NCBI GenBank assembly: GCA_963719425.1
Contig: OY970382.1
Span: forward strand, 201,888 to 242,861
Reading direction: 5' to 3'
Source of the DNA: an uncultured bacterium
GTDB lineage: Bacteria; Patescibacteriota; Minisyncoccia; UBA6257; 2-01-FULL-56-20
Length of the DNA: 40,974 nucleotides
A program made the position numbers and the translations under genes. Below, in pieces: positions 9,726-18,375 of this stretch; the first letter of the stretch is position 1; each line of letters opens with the position of its first letter. The notes beneath the pieces were generated by a model that was given only the letters and a program-made list of their open reading frames with translations, was not told the origin of the DNA and searched no databases.

Positions 9726-10667
9726 ATGGAAGGGTTTTGGAGGTCCCTCACGATTGATCTTTTGAGCGTCGCCTCCGCGCTCTGTTTCGGCTGGTTCTAT
9801 TTCCGCTATCTCTCCGTCGCTTCCTCGCCGTGGTATCTCTTCGCCGCGTTTCTCCTTTTCTCCGCGTGTTCCACCTTGCAGGTTTTTCTTGCAAAAAGGA
9901 TCGGGCGGCGGACGCTCGTTATTGTGGGCGAATCGGTGGCGCTCGTCGCGTGCTTCTTGTTTTACGATGCCTGGTTGATTGCCGGCATCGCGGGGTTCGT
10001 TGCGTTTGCGGTGCTCCTCTGGGGATATTTCGCGAGCCGTTCGGTGCTGCGCGGCAGCATTGAGATCCAATTCTTTAGGATAGCGCGAAGCGTGTTGGGG
10101 AAAGTGGTGACGGCTCTCGTTTTGGTCATGATTCTTGTGTACGTGCCGCAGGCGGAGAGTCAGGGGCAGCCGGTGTTCGTGGCACGTGGGGATTTCCATG
10201 TATTCTTTGATTGGGCCGCGGGTGTGGTGAATGGTTTCTACCCCAATGTTCCACTTGCGGGTTCCTTCGGGACGTTTGCGGAGAACATTGCAAGGAAGGA
10301 GCTTGAGCAAAACCCGGCGTTTGGATCGCTAAGCCAATCGCAGCAGAATGAGACAGTCGCGCAGGCTGCGGCGCAATTGACGGCGAGCGTGGCGCAGGCG
10401 ACCAAAGTAGCGCCGGCGTCCGATGAAACGGTGAGCGATGTGGCGTACGATTACCTTGTTGCCACTCTCGTCGGGTTGCGGGACCATTTTCAAACTCAAT
10501 TCATTGTGGTGTGGGCAATCATTTTGTTTTTCATCCTCCGCACGATCGGCATTGTATTCGTTTGGATTGCCGAGTTCGCATCGCTTGTCGTCTACGAAAT
10601 TTTGCTCGCAGCCGGATTCATGCACGTAGATAAGATTACGCAGACCCAAGAGGTCATTGCGTATTAA
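9726..10667 (+). CDS. Multi-pass membrane protein of unknown function
   Basis: About 5-6 hydrophobic segments plus a soluble domain; ATG at 9726 after the dnaK stop. Confidence 0.75.
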   Translation: MEGFWRSLTIDLLSVASALCFGWFYFRYLSVASSPWYLFAAFLLFSACSTLQVFLAKRIGRRTLVIVGESVALVACFLFYDAWLIAGIAGFVAFAVLLWGYFASRSVLRGSIEIQFFRIARSVLGKVVTALVLVMILVYVPQAESQGQPVFVARGDFHVFFDWAAGVVNGFYPNVPLAGSFGTFAENIARKELEQNPAFGSLSQSQQNETVAQAAAQLTASVAQATKVAPASDETVSDVAYDYLVATLVGLRDHFQTQFIVVWAIILFFILRTIGIVFVWIAEFASLVVYEILLAAGFMHVDKITQTQEVIAY

Positions 10668-10711
10668 CATTAATGGATTTTTAATGTCCGTGTAGTATCA
10701 TAGAAAGCACC

Positions 10712-11812
10712 ATGAAAGATTATTATCACATTTTGGGGATTGCGAAGAATGCTTCCGACGAGGAGGTGAAAAAAGCGTACCGCAAGCTCGCGCACCAGTA
10801 CCACCCGGACAAGCCGGGCGGCAACGAGAGCAAATTTAAGGAGATCAATGAAGCGTACCAGGTGCTCTCGGACAGGGGGAGGCGCGCCCAGTACGATCGT
10901 TTTGGCACGGCGGAGCCGGGAGCGGGGTTTGGTGGCGCCCAATGGGGCGGATTTTCGGGCGGAATGCCTAATTGGGAAGGATTCGGTTTTGATCCGCAGA
11001 ACGTGGGCGACCTGGGCGACCTCGGCGACATTTTTGAGAGTTTTTTTGAAGGGATGGGCGTGCGTCCCGCGCGAAAAACGTACGAGCGCGGTTCGGACCT
11101 TGAAATGCATGAAGAAATTACGCTTGAGGAAGCATTCCGCGGGGTGACGAAAACCCTGCACTTGCGTACATTCGTGCAATGCGCGAAGTGCGGCGGCAAA
11201 GGCGCCGAGGCGGGGAGCGGCTTTGAAAAATGTTCCACCTGCGATGGGCGTGGCGAGATCCGCGAGCAGCGCCGGACGTTCTTCGGCAGTTTCTCGCAGG
11301 TGAAGATCTGTGCGAAATGCCACGGCTCGGGTGAGGTTCCGAAGAAAGCGTGTGGTGCATGCAGAGGAGCCGGCAGGGTTGAGGCCGAGCGCCAGGTAAG
11401 TGTGGAACTTTTACCGGGCATTGAGGACAACCAGCTGATCAAGATGAAGGGGATGGGCGAGGCGGGTGAGCGTGGCACGGCTGCGGGAGATCTCTATATC
11501 CGCGTGCGCGTGAAACCGCATCACCTTTTTGAACGGCACGGGAATGACCTCATCGTCTCCCAGGAATTAAACATTGTTCATCTTCTCCTCGGCAAGAAAA
11601 TTGAGGTACCGACCATCTCGGGCGGGAAAATCACCGTGGAGATTCCCGCGCACTTCAACCTGAAAGAGAACTTGCGGATTCCGGGCGCAGGCATGCCGCG
11701 TTTCGGTGCCTATGGCCGCGGCGACCTCTTCGTGAACTTTATCGTGAAAGCTCCGAAGAAATTGAGCGCGAGTGCGAAGAAATTGCTGGAGGACTTGGAA
11801 GGGGAAGAATAA
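10712..11812 (+). CDS. dnaJ: Chaperone DnaJ
   Basis: J-domain with HPD, G/F-rich linker, four CxxCxGxG repeats. Confidence 0.97.
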   Translation: MKDYYHILGIAKNASDEEVKKAYRKLAHQYHPDKPGGNESKFKEINEAYQVLSDRGRRAQYDRFGTAEPGAGFGGAQWGGFSGGMPNWEGFGFDPQNVGDLGDLGDIFESFFEGMGVRPARKTYERGSDLEMHEEITLEEAFRGVTKTLHLRTFVQCAKCGGKGAEAGSGFEKCSTCDGRGEIREQRRTFFGSFSQVKICAKCHGSGEVPKKACGACRGAGRVEAERQVSVELLPGIEDNQLIKMKGMGEAGERGTAAGDLYIRVRVKPHHLFERHGNDLIVSQELNIVHLLLGKKIEVPTISGGKITVEIPAHFNLKENLRIPGAGMPRFGAYGRGDLFVNFIVKAPKKLSASAKKLLEDLEGEE

Positions 11813-11845
11813 TCAAGTTCATTCTTGCCGCCGGCTTGTGCTGTG

Positions 11846-12397
11846 CTATCTGGCAAAAAAGAGAGCGCATACGGCAGCGAGGAAAACAAGTAACTCGACG
11901 ATCGCATACGGATGGCATCTGAGGTAGATGTTCCGTATCCAATCCTTATCTCCATATTGTCGTGAGAGGCTGCGAACCTCTTCGGGGCTCCAAGAATAAA
12001 CTGCTTTTTGCGGCAATCCGTTTCTGGACGTGTCGTAGTGATAGAAAAATGCATAGTGATTTTTGGAAAATGGATATAACCACTGGATGCCCCACCCTAT
12101 GCCGATTGAGTCGTGCACGAAATGAAGGAGTGTTGTTATGCCGAACAAGAGCGCGTAAGGCAAATCAAAGAAAGAAATGACCGTCATTCCAAACAGCACA
12201 TAGGGAATGGGGTAATGAAGAAGGAGCCTGTGCTCGTGAGCGAGGGCGGTGTATCGTTTTTGAACCGCAAAAAGGAAATCGATATCAGGCAAAAGAGAAA
12301 ATAGGATTCCCGCTCCGACGAGAACCGGGCCTCCGACTCCGAAAAGGTGGTGTATGAAAATCGCAGAGAGAATTCCAATTCCAATATCAAGCAACAT
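11846..12397 (-). CDS. Membrane-bound metal-dependent hydrolase-like protein (YdjM-like)
   Basis: LPDID, H and LLHFVHD, GIQWLYPF motifs in a hydrophobic protein. Confidence 0.6.
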   Translation of the reverse strand: MLLDIGIGILSAIFIHHLFGVGGPVLVGAGILFSLLPDIDFLFAVQKRYTALAHEHRLLLHYPIPYVLFGMTVISFFDLPYALLFGITTLLHFVHDSIGIGWGIQWLYPFSKNHYAFFYHYDTSRNGLPQKAVYSWSPEEVRSLSRQYGDKDWIRNIYLRCHPYAIVELLVFLAAVCALFFAR

Positions 12398-12418
12398 AAT
12401 CCTAATATAGTTTGAGAA

Positions 12419-12433
12419 GAATGGGGTCCATTC
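12419..12433 (-). terminator. Short hairpin just after the outer tRNA 3' half
   Basis: GAATGG-ACC-CCATTC followed by a weak T-rich run on the minus strand. Confidence 0.35.
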
Positions 12434-12434
12434 G

Positions 12435-12472
12435 CGCCCCCACCAGGATTCGAACCTGGGACCATCTCCTTA
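12435..12472 (-). pseudogene. Outer tRNA-Lys 3' half (positions ~36-73)
   Basis: 12436-12472 is identical over 37 nt to 12524-12560 of the intact tRNA; discriminator position is G instead of A. Confidence 0.85.
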
Positions 12473-12489
12473 CTATTGGCAGCGAATTG

Positions 12490-12626
12490 AAAATGAAAAC
12501 ATAGTTTTTCTTTCGGGCAGAGTGCCCCCACCAGGATTCGAACCTGGGACCATCTCCTTAAAAGGGAGCTGCTCTGCCAACTGAGCTATAGGGGCACTCT
12601 GCCCAAAATAGCTATGTTTTCATTTT
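12490..12626. repeat. Inverted repeats flanking the intact tRNA-Lys
   Basis: AAAATGAAAACATAG (12490-12504) / CTATGTTTTCATTTT (12612-12626) and GGGCAGAGT (12515-12523) / ACTCTGCCC (12596-12604). Confidence 0.9.
12523..12595 (-). tRNA. tRNA-Lys(UUU)
   Basis: Full cloverleaf: GCCCCTA/TGGGGGC acceptor, loop CT-TTT-AA, GGTTCGAATCC T-arm; CCA not encoded. Confidence 0.93.
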
Positions 12627-12661
12627 TAATGAGCGAACCAATGGGCGAATTCTTATTCGCA

Positions 12662-12697
12662 AAAGGGAGTCAGCTCTCACCACTGAGCTATAGGGGC
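12662..12697 (-). pseudogene. Outer tRNA-Lys 5' half (positions 1-35)
   Basis: GCCCCTATAGCTCAGTGGTGAGAGCTGACTCCCTTT; same acceptor and D stem as the intact copy, different D loop; ends in the anticodon. Confidence 0.85.
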
Positions 12698-12707
12698 TTT
12701 CGTTGTC

Positions 12708-12736
12708 ATTGTAGGGGAAATATGGGATGGTTTCAA
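12708..12736 (-). promoter_or_regulatory. Sigma70 promoter of the tRNA-Lys locus
   Basis: Minus strand TTGAAA-17-TACAAT; predicted start a few nt before the outer 5' half. Confidence 0.7.
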
Positions 12737-12757
12737 CTCGTGATAGAATAATTGATA

Positions 12758-13168
12758 ATGGACAACGTCCCGATTCCGTCGCTTCCTATTTGTCCCGCGT
12801 GCCATCAGCCGGTGCAGCCGGAGTTTTATTTTTGTCCGAACTGCGGAAGGGCGCTTAAAGAGAAGCCGCTTTCCACGACGGCGGCGACGCAGGCGTGGAT
12901 TTATGCGTTGAGCATTGTTATGCCGTGGATTGCGTTCCTGGCGTTACATTATTGGCCGGGGGTCAAATATATCAGGTCCGACGATGAAAATGCGAAACAG
13001 ATCGGCATTATCGCTTCCGTGCTTATGGGAATCTCCACGATTGCCATGATGTGGCTCTTGATCGTGTGGACGCAACAGCTGGTCCAGTCGTCGTTGAACA
13101 ATATCGGGAATCTCGGAGGCTTTGGGCGGATGATAACAGAGCATGAGATGGATCGTTGGCATAGATGA
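12758..13168 (+). CDS. Zinc-ribbon membrane protein
   Basis: CPACHQ..CPNCG followed by two TM helices; TGATAGAAT 8 nt before the ATG. Confidence 0.75.
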   Translation: MDNVPIPSLPICPACHQPVQPEFYFCPNCGRALKEKPLSTTAATQAWIYALSIVMPWIAFLALHYWPGVKYIRSDDENAKQIGIIASVLMGISTIAMMWLLIVWTQQLVQSSLNNIGNLGGFGRMITEHEMDRWHR

Positions 13169-13739
13169 AGTTGGCCGCGGAGCGCTTGCGGGGCCAGTCG
13201 TGGTTGCTGCCGCAGCGGTGCCTGCCGGATTTAAGCCGCACAACCGCGCACTCGGCACATTAAAAGATTCCAAGAAATTGAGTGCGAAGAAGCGTGAAGC
13301 ATGGTGCGCGTATTGGAGCGAACGTCAGATTATAGCATTCGCTTTGGCGCGGGTGTATCCGCGCCAGATAGAGAAGCGAAATATATCAAGGGCTGCCAAC
13401 CTCGCGGCTGCGCGGGCTTTTGGAAGATTGACGGGGATAAGGAACTGTCACGTTTTCCTTGACGGCGGGCTCTTTTTAGGCAATGGCGAGCAGCCGAGAC
13501 GCGCAAAAACGATCGTGAAGGGCGATGAAAAGATAAATGCTATCAAGGCCGCCTCCATTTTTGCGAAGGTTCATCGCGACCGCTTGATGCGGCGCCTTGC
13601 GAAACGGTATCCCGCATACGGTTTTGAAATTCATAAAGGATACGGAACGAAAATGCATCGGAGGGCGCTCCAAGCGCACGGTCCCTGTCCCGCACATCGT
13701 TTGACGTTCGCTGCAAAGTCATCTATCATGGACGCATAG
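13143..13739 (+). CDS. rnhB: Ribonuclease HII
   Basis: GIDEVGRGALAGPVV, DSKKL, DG, KGD..I.AASI.AKV.RD, HKGYGT. Confidence 0.95.
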   Translation: MRWIVGIDEVGRGALAGPVVVAAAAVPAGFKPHNRALGTLKDSKKLSAKKREAWCAYWSERQIIAFALARVYPRQIEKRNISRAANLAAARAFGRLTGIRNCHVFLDGGLFLGNGEQPRRAKTIVKGDEKINAIKAASIFAKVHRDRLMRRLAKRYPAYGFEIHKGYGTKMHRRALQAHGPCPAHRLTFAAKSSIMDA

Positions 13740-13754
13740 ACACACGGCAAGGCA

Positions 13755-13907
13755 ATGGGAGGCGTACCAGTCAAACATCACTCAAAAGGGAAAGTGGGTC
13801 GGCGCCGTTCGCATTTGGCGATGAAAAAACAGCGCCTGTTCGTGTGTAAAAATTGCGGCGCGCCGAAATTGGCGCACCGCGCATGCGCCCAATGTGGAAC
13901 AAGATGA
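13755..13907 (+). CDS. rpmF: 50S ribosomal protein bL32 (50 aa, not in ORF track)
   Basis: MGGVPVKHHSKGKVGRRRSH...CKNCG...HRACAQCG. Confidence 0.93.
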   Translation: MGGVPVKHHSKGKVGRRRSHLAMKKQRLFVCKNCGAPKLAHRACAQCGTR

Positions 13908-13947
13908 GGGCGCGCGGGTAGCGGGGCGGTCAGTTCTTTAGAAACCA

Positions 13948-14409
13948 ATGGCAACCAGACACTTAATTCGGACCGTGATTCTCCAAACTCTCTACGAGTG
14001 GGATTTTTATGGCCGAAAAAAGGATGTGACGGAGATTTTGGAGCGGAACCTCGCTGAATTCGCCCCCGGCATTGATGAGCCGGAGTTCGCGTGGAAAATT
14101 TTGAAGGGCGTCGTGGAGCATACAAAACACATTGACAATGTGATTACGAAAGCCGCTCCCGAGTGGCCGCTGGACAGGATCGCCATTATTGACCGCAACA
14201 TCCTGCGCATCGGCCTTTACGAGCTTTTATACGCTGATCCCGAGGAGGTGCCGCCGAAGGTGGCCATTAACGAGGCGATTGAACTTGCAAAGAACTACGG
14301 CGGGCCGAACGCTGCGCGGTTCGTGAACGGCGTTTTGGGAACGATCTACCGCGAAGTGGGGGAGCGGAAAACAGCGGGCGAAGCACACGTCGTGCAAAAA
14401 AATAAATGA
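13948..14409 (+). CDS. nusB: Transcription antitermination factor NusB
   Basis: [38 protein letters not shown]. Confidence 0.95.
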   Translation: MATRHLIRTVILQTLYEWDFYGRKKDVTEILERNLAEFAPGIDEPEFAWKILKGVVEHTKHIDNVITKAAPEWPLDRIAIIDRNILRIGLYELLYADPEEVPPKVAINEAIELAKNYGGPNAARFVNGVLGTIYREVGERKTAGEAHVVQKNK

Positions 14410-15092
14410 ACACCGACGCATTACAGAAAAAACTCGGAATTTCATTCAAGAACGAAGATTTACTCACAGAAGCCCTGACCCATCGTTCGTACTTGAATGA
14501 GTTCCCGAGGTGGCGGTTGCCGCACAACGAGCGCTTGGAATATCTTGGCGATGCGGTTTTGGAATTGATCGTTTCCGAAGAACTTTTCGCAAAATTTCCC
14601 GATTATCCCGAAGGCAAGCTCACGGTGCTCCGCGCGGCGCTTGTGAACTATCAAATCTTGGCGCGCGTGGCGGAGTCCTTCAGCCTTGAGAATTTTATCT
14701 TGATGTCGCGCGGCGAGCGGAAGGATACCGGCAAAGCACGCGAGGTCATCCTCGCGAATGCGATTGAGGCCGTGATCGGCGCGATGTATTTGGATCAAGG
14801 GATTGAGAAAGTCTGTGCATTCGTGAAAAAAAACGTTATGAGCAATTTAGAGGATGTGATGAAAACGAGAAGCTACCGAGACGCGAAGAGCGAGCTGCAG
14901 GAATTGGTTCAGGAGAAGTTGCGTGTTACGCCGGCATATCGCGTGATAGAAGAGGCAGGCCCTGCGCACCGGCGCGTGTTCAGAATGGGCGTTTATTTCG
15001 GGGAAAGATTAGTTGCCGAGGGCGTTGGAGCGTCAAAACAGGAAGCAGAACTTGACGCGGCGAAGCACGCGCTCCAAAAACGCCTTCCGTGA
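14406..15092 (+). CDS. rnc: Ribonuclease III
   Basis: [26 protein letters not shown], dsRBD with GPAH and GxSKQEAE. Confidence 0.96.
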   Translation: MNTDALQKKLGISFKNEDLLTEALTHRSYLNEFPRWRLPHNERLEYLGDAVLELIVSEELFAKFPDYPEGKLTVLRAALVNYQILARVAESFSLENFILMSRGERKDTGKAREVILANAIEAVIGAMYLDQGIEKVCAFVKKNVMSNLEDVMKTRSYRDAKSELQELVQEKLRVTPAYRVIEEAGPAHRRVFRMGVYFGERLVAEGVGASKQEAELDAAKHALQKRLP

Positions 15093-15096
15093 CGCC

Positions 15097-17322
15097 ATGG
15101 CACATTTTTTGAAACGGCTTGAATTGAATGGATTCAAATCTTTCGCAGGGAAGACAGTTTTGGAATTTCCGGCGGGGATTGTTGCAATCGTGGGGCCGAA
15201 CGGGTCAGGGAAATCAAATCTCGTTGATGCCCTGCGGTGGCTCCTCGGGGAACGCGATGCGAAAAACCTGCGCGGCGGCAAAGTGGAAGACCTTATTTTC
15301 TCGGGAACCCAGAAGCGTCCGCGCGTGGGTATGGCAAATGCGAGTTTGCACTTTGAGAACCGAAACAAGTTTTTCCCGGTGGATTTTGAGGAGGTCATGA
15401 TCACGCGGCAGGTTTCGCGCGGCGGCGACAGCAAGTATTTTTTGAATAAGGCGGAGGTGCTTCTCCGCGACCTTGTTGATTTCTTTGCAAAGGCGCGCAT
15501 GGGCTCGCGCGGGCTCATCATTATAGGCCAAGGCGACAGTGATCTTTTTGTCCGCTCAACGCCTATGGAGCGTCGCGAGATGATAGAGGAACTTTTAGGC
15601 CTCCGCGAATATCAGCTCAAAAAGGCGGATGCAGAACGGCGATTAAAGAACAGCCGGATCAATTTGGATAAAACGAAAGCGCTGGTTGAAGAAATCCTGC
15701 CGCACTTGCGGTCACTGAAGCGGCAGACGAACCGGTGGGAAAAGCGCGGCGCCCTTGAGGAGGAATTGCGCGGGCTGGAGGCGATTTTTTTCGGCTTCCA
15801 ATTAAAGGAGTTCACGTGGCGGAGCAGGGAAGTGGAAGAAAAGATTACGGCAAGCAAGAAGCAGTGGGAGATTTTGGACCGCGCGCGGCGCGGGGCAGAA
15901 GCGCGACAGGCGGAGATTGAAGCAAGCCAGCCGGCGGAGCAGAAGAGCCTTACGGCGATCCGCACCGAGATTGGGTCGTTGGGAGAGAAACGGAGTGCCC
16001 TGCAGAAAGATCTTGGGCGCTTGGAGGCGCAGATTGAGCTTGCAGAATCGGGAGAAGCTAGTGTGAAAGGCAGCAGTCCCACTGCAGAGCGCCTTTTGAG
16101 TCTGGTGCGTATGGTGAAGGAAGAGCTGGAACGTGCGCTTGAGGAAGATGCGCTTGAATTGCATGCGACGGCAGAAAATATCCTGGAGGAAATTAAGGAT
16201 GTCCTCGTAGAGAAAGAAAAGGAAGGCGGGAAATCGGAAGACGCGGAGGGCGGACTCAAGACGCAATTTGAGAAAATTTCCCATGACCTCGCTCAGTTGG
16301 AGAAAGAAATTCTTGCGCTCCGGGAAAAAGAAAAATCCTTTGAGCAAAGCCAGGAAAGCTTTTACAAGGTTTTCAAGGCCGCGGTTGCAAATGTGCAGGC
16401 GGCGAAGGACCGGATAGGGGAGTGGGAAAACGAGCATCGGGAGCATGTGCTCCAGAAAGAGCGGGTGGACTTGCGGCGCGGCGAGGTATTGCACCAAATT
16501 GAGCAGGCGGGGCGGCGCGCGGAGGAATTCGCACACGCAGAGGTTCCGGAGACGATGCACAATGACGGCCTTCGCGCGATGGAACAGCGGATTTTTCGGT
16601 TGCGTGGCGATCTTGCGTCTATCGGGGAGATCGATCAGGCGCTCATGAAAGAAGCCAAGGACACCGAAGCGCGATACGCTTTCCTTACGAAGGAATCCGA
16701 GGATCTTCTGAAGGCGGTTGCGGATCTTACGCGCCTCATGCAGGAGTTGAGTGAAAAGATAAAAACGGAATTTGATAAATCACTTGCGAAGATCAATGAG
16801 GAATTCGGCAAATTCTTCGCGCTTATGTTTGGTGGCGGCATGGCAAAACTGAAGGTGGAAAAGCCCAGGGTGGCGAAAGTGGAGGCGGGCGACGTGGAGG
16901 AAAGCGATACTGGTGAAGGAGCGGCGCGTGACGAGGGAGAGAAGGCCGAGGAGGAAATGGCGATAGAAAAAGACGGCGGCGTGGACATTGACATCCGCCT
17001 GCCGCGAAAAAAGGTTACGACGCTTGACATGCTCTCGGGCGGCGAGCGGAGCTTGGTCGGCATTGCCGCGCTTTTTGCGATGGTGGCCGTAAGTCCGCCG
17101 CCGTTTCTTGTACTGGACGAGGTTGACGCGCCGCTTGATGAGCGCAATGCCCGCCGCTTCGGCGACATGCTCAAGGATTTTTCAAAGCGGACGCAATTTA
17201 TTATCGTGACCCACAACCGCGCGACAATGGAAGTGGCGGACATCCTCTATGGCGTGACGCTCGGCGAGGACGGGACGTCGAAGATCGTCTCATTGAAGCT
17301 GGAGCCGGCGAGCTCCTCCTAA
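15097..17322 (+). CDS. smc: Short SMC-family ATPase (741 aa)
   Basis: GFKSF, Walker A GPNGSGKSN, LSGGE signature, Walker B/D-loop LDEVDAPLD, VTHN; no recognisable hinge. Confidence 0.85.
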   Translation: MAHFLKRLELNGFKSFAGKTVLEFPAGIVAIVGPNGSGKSNLVDALRWLLGERDAKNLRGGKVEDLIFSGTQKRPRVGMANASLHFENRNKFFPVDFEEVMITRQVSRGGDSKYFLNKAEVLLRDLVDFFAKARMGSRGLIIIGQGDSDLFVRSTPMERREMIEELLGLREYQLKKADAERRLKNSRINLDKTKALVEEILPHLRSLKRQTNRWEKRGALEEELRGLEAIFFGFQLKEFTWRSREVEEKITASKKQWEILDRARRGAEARQAEIEASQPAEQKSLTAIRTEIGSLGEKRSALQKDLGRLEAQIELAESGEASVKGSSPTAERLLSLVRMVKEELERALEEDALELHATAENILEEIKDVLVEKEKEGGKSEDAEGGLKTQFEKISHDLAQLEKEILALREKEKSFEQSQESFYKVFKAAVANVQAAKDRIGEWENEHREHVLQKERVDLRRGEVLHQIEQAGRRAEEFAHAEVPETMHNDGLRAMEQRIFRLRGDLASIGEIDQALMKEAKDTEARYAFLTKESEDLLKAVADLTRLMQELSEKIKTEFDKSLAKINEEFGKFFALMFGGGMAKLKVEKPRVAKVEAGDVEESDTGEGAARDEGEKAEEEMAIEKDGGVDIDIRLPRKKVTTLDMLSGGERSLVGIAALFAMVAVSPPPFLVLDEVDAPLDERNARRFGDMLKDFSKRTQFIIVTHNRATMEVADILYGVTLGEDGTSKIVSLKLEPASSS

Positions 17323-17352
17323 AATTTCAGGTGGTCGTGTTAACATTATCTC

Positions 17353-18249
17353 GTGAGCCCGCGCCTCTTTTTTCTTTTTCACGTTCATTCGGAAAGATCC
17401 CATGATAGCTCGACCACAATTCGCGAGTATGTGGCATACTTGGAAAAAACCCTGAAAGAAAAAGAATATGCGGTTTTGGGCATATCGGACCATAACGTAA
17501 TTCCATTATTGGTAAGCCAAGCGATAAGTTTTTCCACAGAAAAGGTATTGGTCATCCCGGGCATCCAGTGGAAAATTAAAAAGAGGGTAGCCGATGCCAT
17601 CTTAAAGATGGTTACGAGAAGGGAGTTGTTAACTTTCGGCAATCATGATGGCCTGAGGGGTTACATTGGGAAGCTTCATTACCGAATTCTGCCTAATGGA
17701 GAGATTTTTGCTAACCTCACCGAAGCAGAGTTTTTAAAGTACGTCGCACACAAACGGGAAATGATGATCATCGTCCCGCACCCCAAGCATTTCGTCGTCG
17801 ATTACTATGGGAGGAGGCAAATCAAACATCTAAAGGGAGAGTTGGATAAGCATCATATCCGCCTCCCATTTTTAATAGAGGATAAAACCGGGTACGATCC
17901 CTTCCCAAGAATTCTTTGTGCATACAAGGGAAAATATCTAACCATTGGTGATCCGGACGCACATGAAATATTCGGCATATTGGGGACGAAATCTCTCTTT
18001 TCCGTAGAAACGTTTATCAATGTCCCCGCGAACGAAAGAATAATTAATCTATGGCGAAAGGCTCTGCGCGCGAACAGCCACGAGTATTATCAAGAAACAA
18101 TTTTGGCGATATTCAAGCTGCTCGTCGAGCACAATGAGAGCATTTATGTTAAAAAACACTATCTGAGGGCATGGATCCACTTCTTTCATTCCGTACCGAT
18201 GTTCATCAGGAGAAGATTCAGCAACTTTCCCTATAATTTCCTGAAGTGA
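17353..18249 (+). CDS. PHP-domain (amidohydrolase-fold) phosphoesterase-like protein
   Basis: HVH, SDHN, PHP and DAH motifs in the PHP order; visibly AT-richer than its neighbours; GTG start uncertain. Confidence 0.65.
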   Translation: MSPRLFFLFHVHSERSHDSSTTIREYVAYLEKTLKEKEYAVLGISDHNVIPLLVSQAISFSTEKVLVIPGIQWKIKKRVADAILKMVTRRELLTFGNHDGLRGYIGKLHYRILPNGEIFANLTEAEFLKYVAHKREMMIIVPHPKHFVVDYYGRRQIKHLKGELDKHHIRLPFLIEDKTGYDPFPRILCAYKGKYLTIGDPDAHEIFGILGTKSLFSVETFINVPANERIINLWRKALRANSHEYYQETILAIFKLLVEHNESIYVKKHYLRAWIHFFHSVPMFIRRRFSNFPYNFLK

Positions 18250-18250
18250 G

Positions 18251-18278
18251 TTGAAACTTTTTTTTAAGGTGCTATTAT
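18251..18278 (+). promoter_or_regulatory. Putative promoter of the tRNA-Ala locus
   Basis: TTGAAA-16-TATTAT with extended TG. Confidence 0.5.
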
Positions 18279-18293
18279 CTTCTAAAGGAAACA

Positions 18294-18330
18294 GGGCCCA
18301 TAGTAAAGTGGCCTCCGCCCGAAGGGCGGA
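18294..18330 (+). pseudogene. tRNA-Ala 5' fragment capped by a GAA-triloop hairpin
   Basis: GGGCCCATAGTAAAGTGG matches 16/18 nt of the tRNA 5' end at 18376; then TCCGCCC-GAA-GGGCGGA. Confidence 0.65.
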
Positions 18331-18375
18331 TAAACATTTGATTAAGGGCTAAATTTCTTTACAATTTGATTCCAT

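Noticed and set aside
12184-12531. 115-aa ORF across the tRNA-Lys 3' halves
   Set aside because: Translation of tRNA sequence (PGSNPGG) and overlap with the hydrolase gene.
12473-12661. Canonical self-splicing group I intron in tRNA-Lys
   Set aside because: U/G boundaries fit, but after removing the inner tRNA only about 116 nt remain, with no IGS pairing to the 5' exon and no P/Q/R/S core; reported as an unexplained insert instead.
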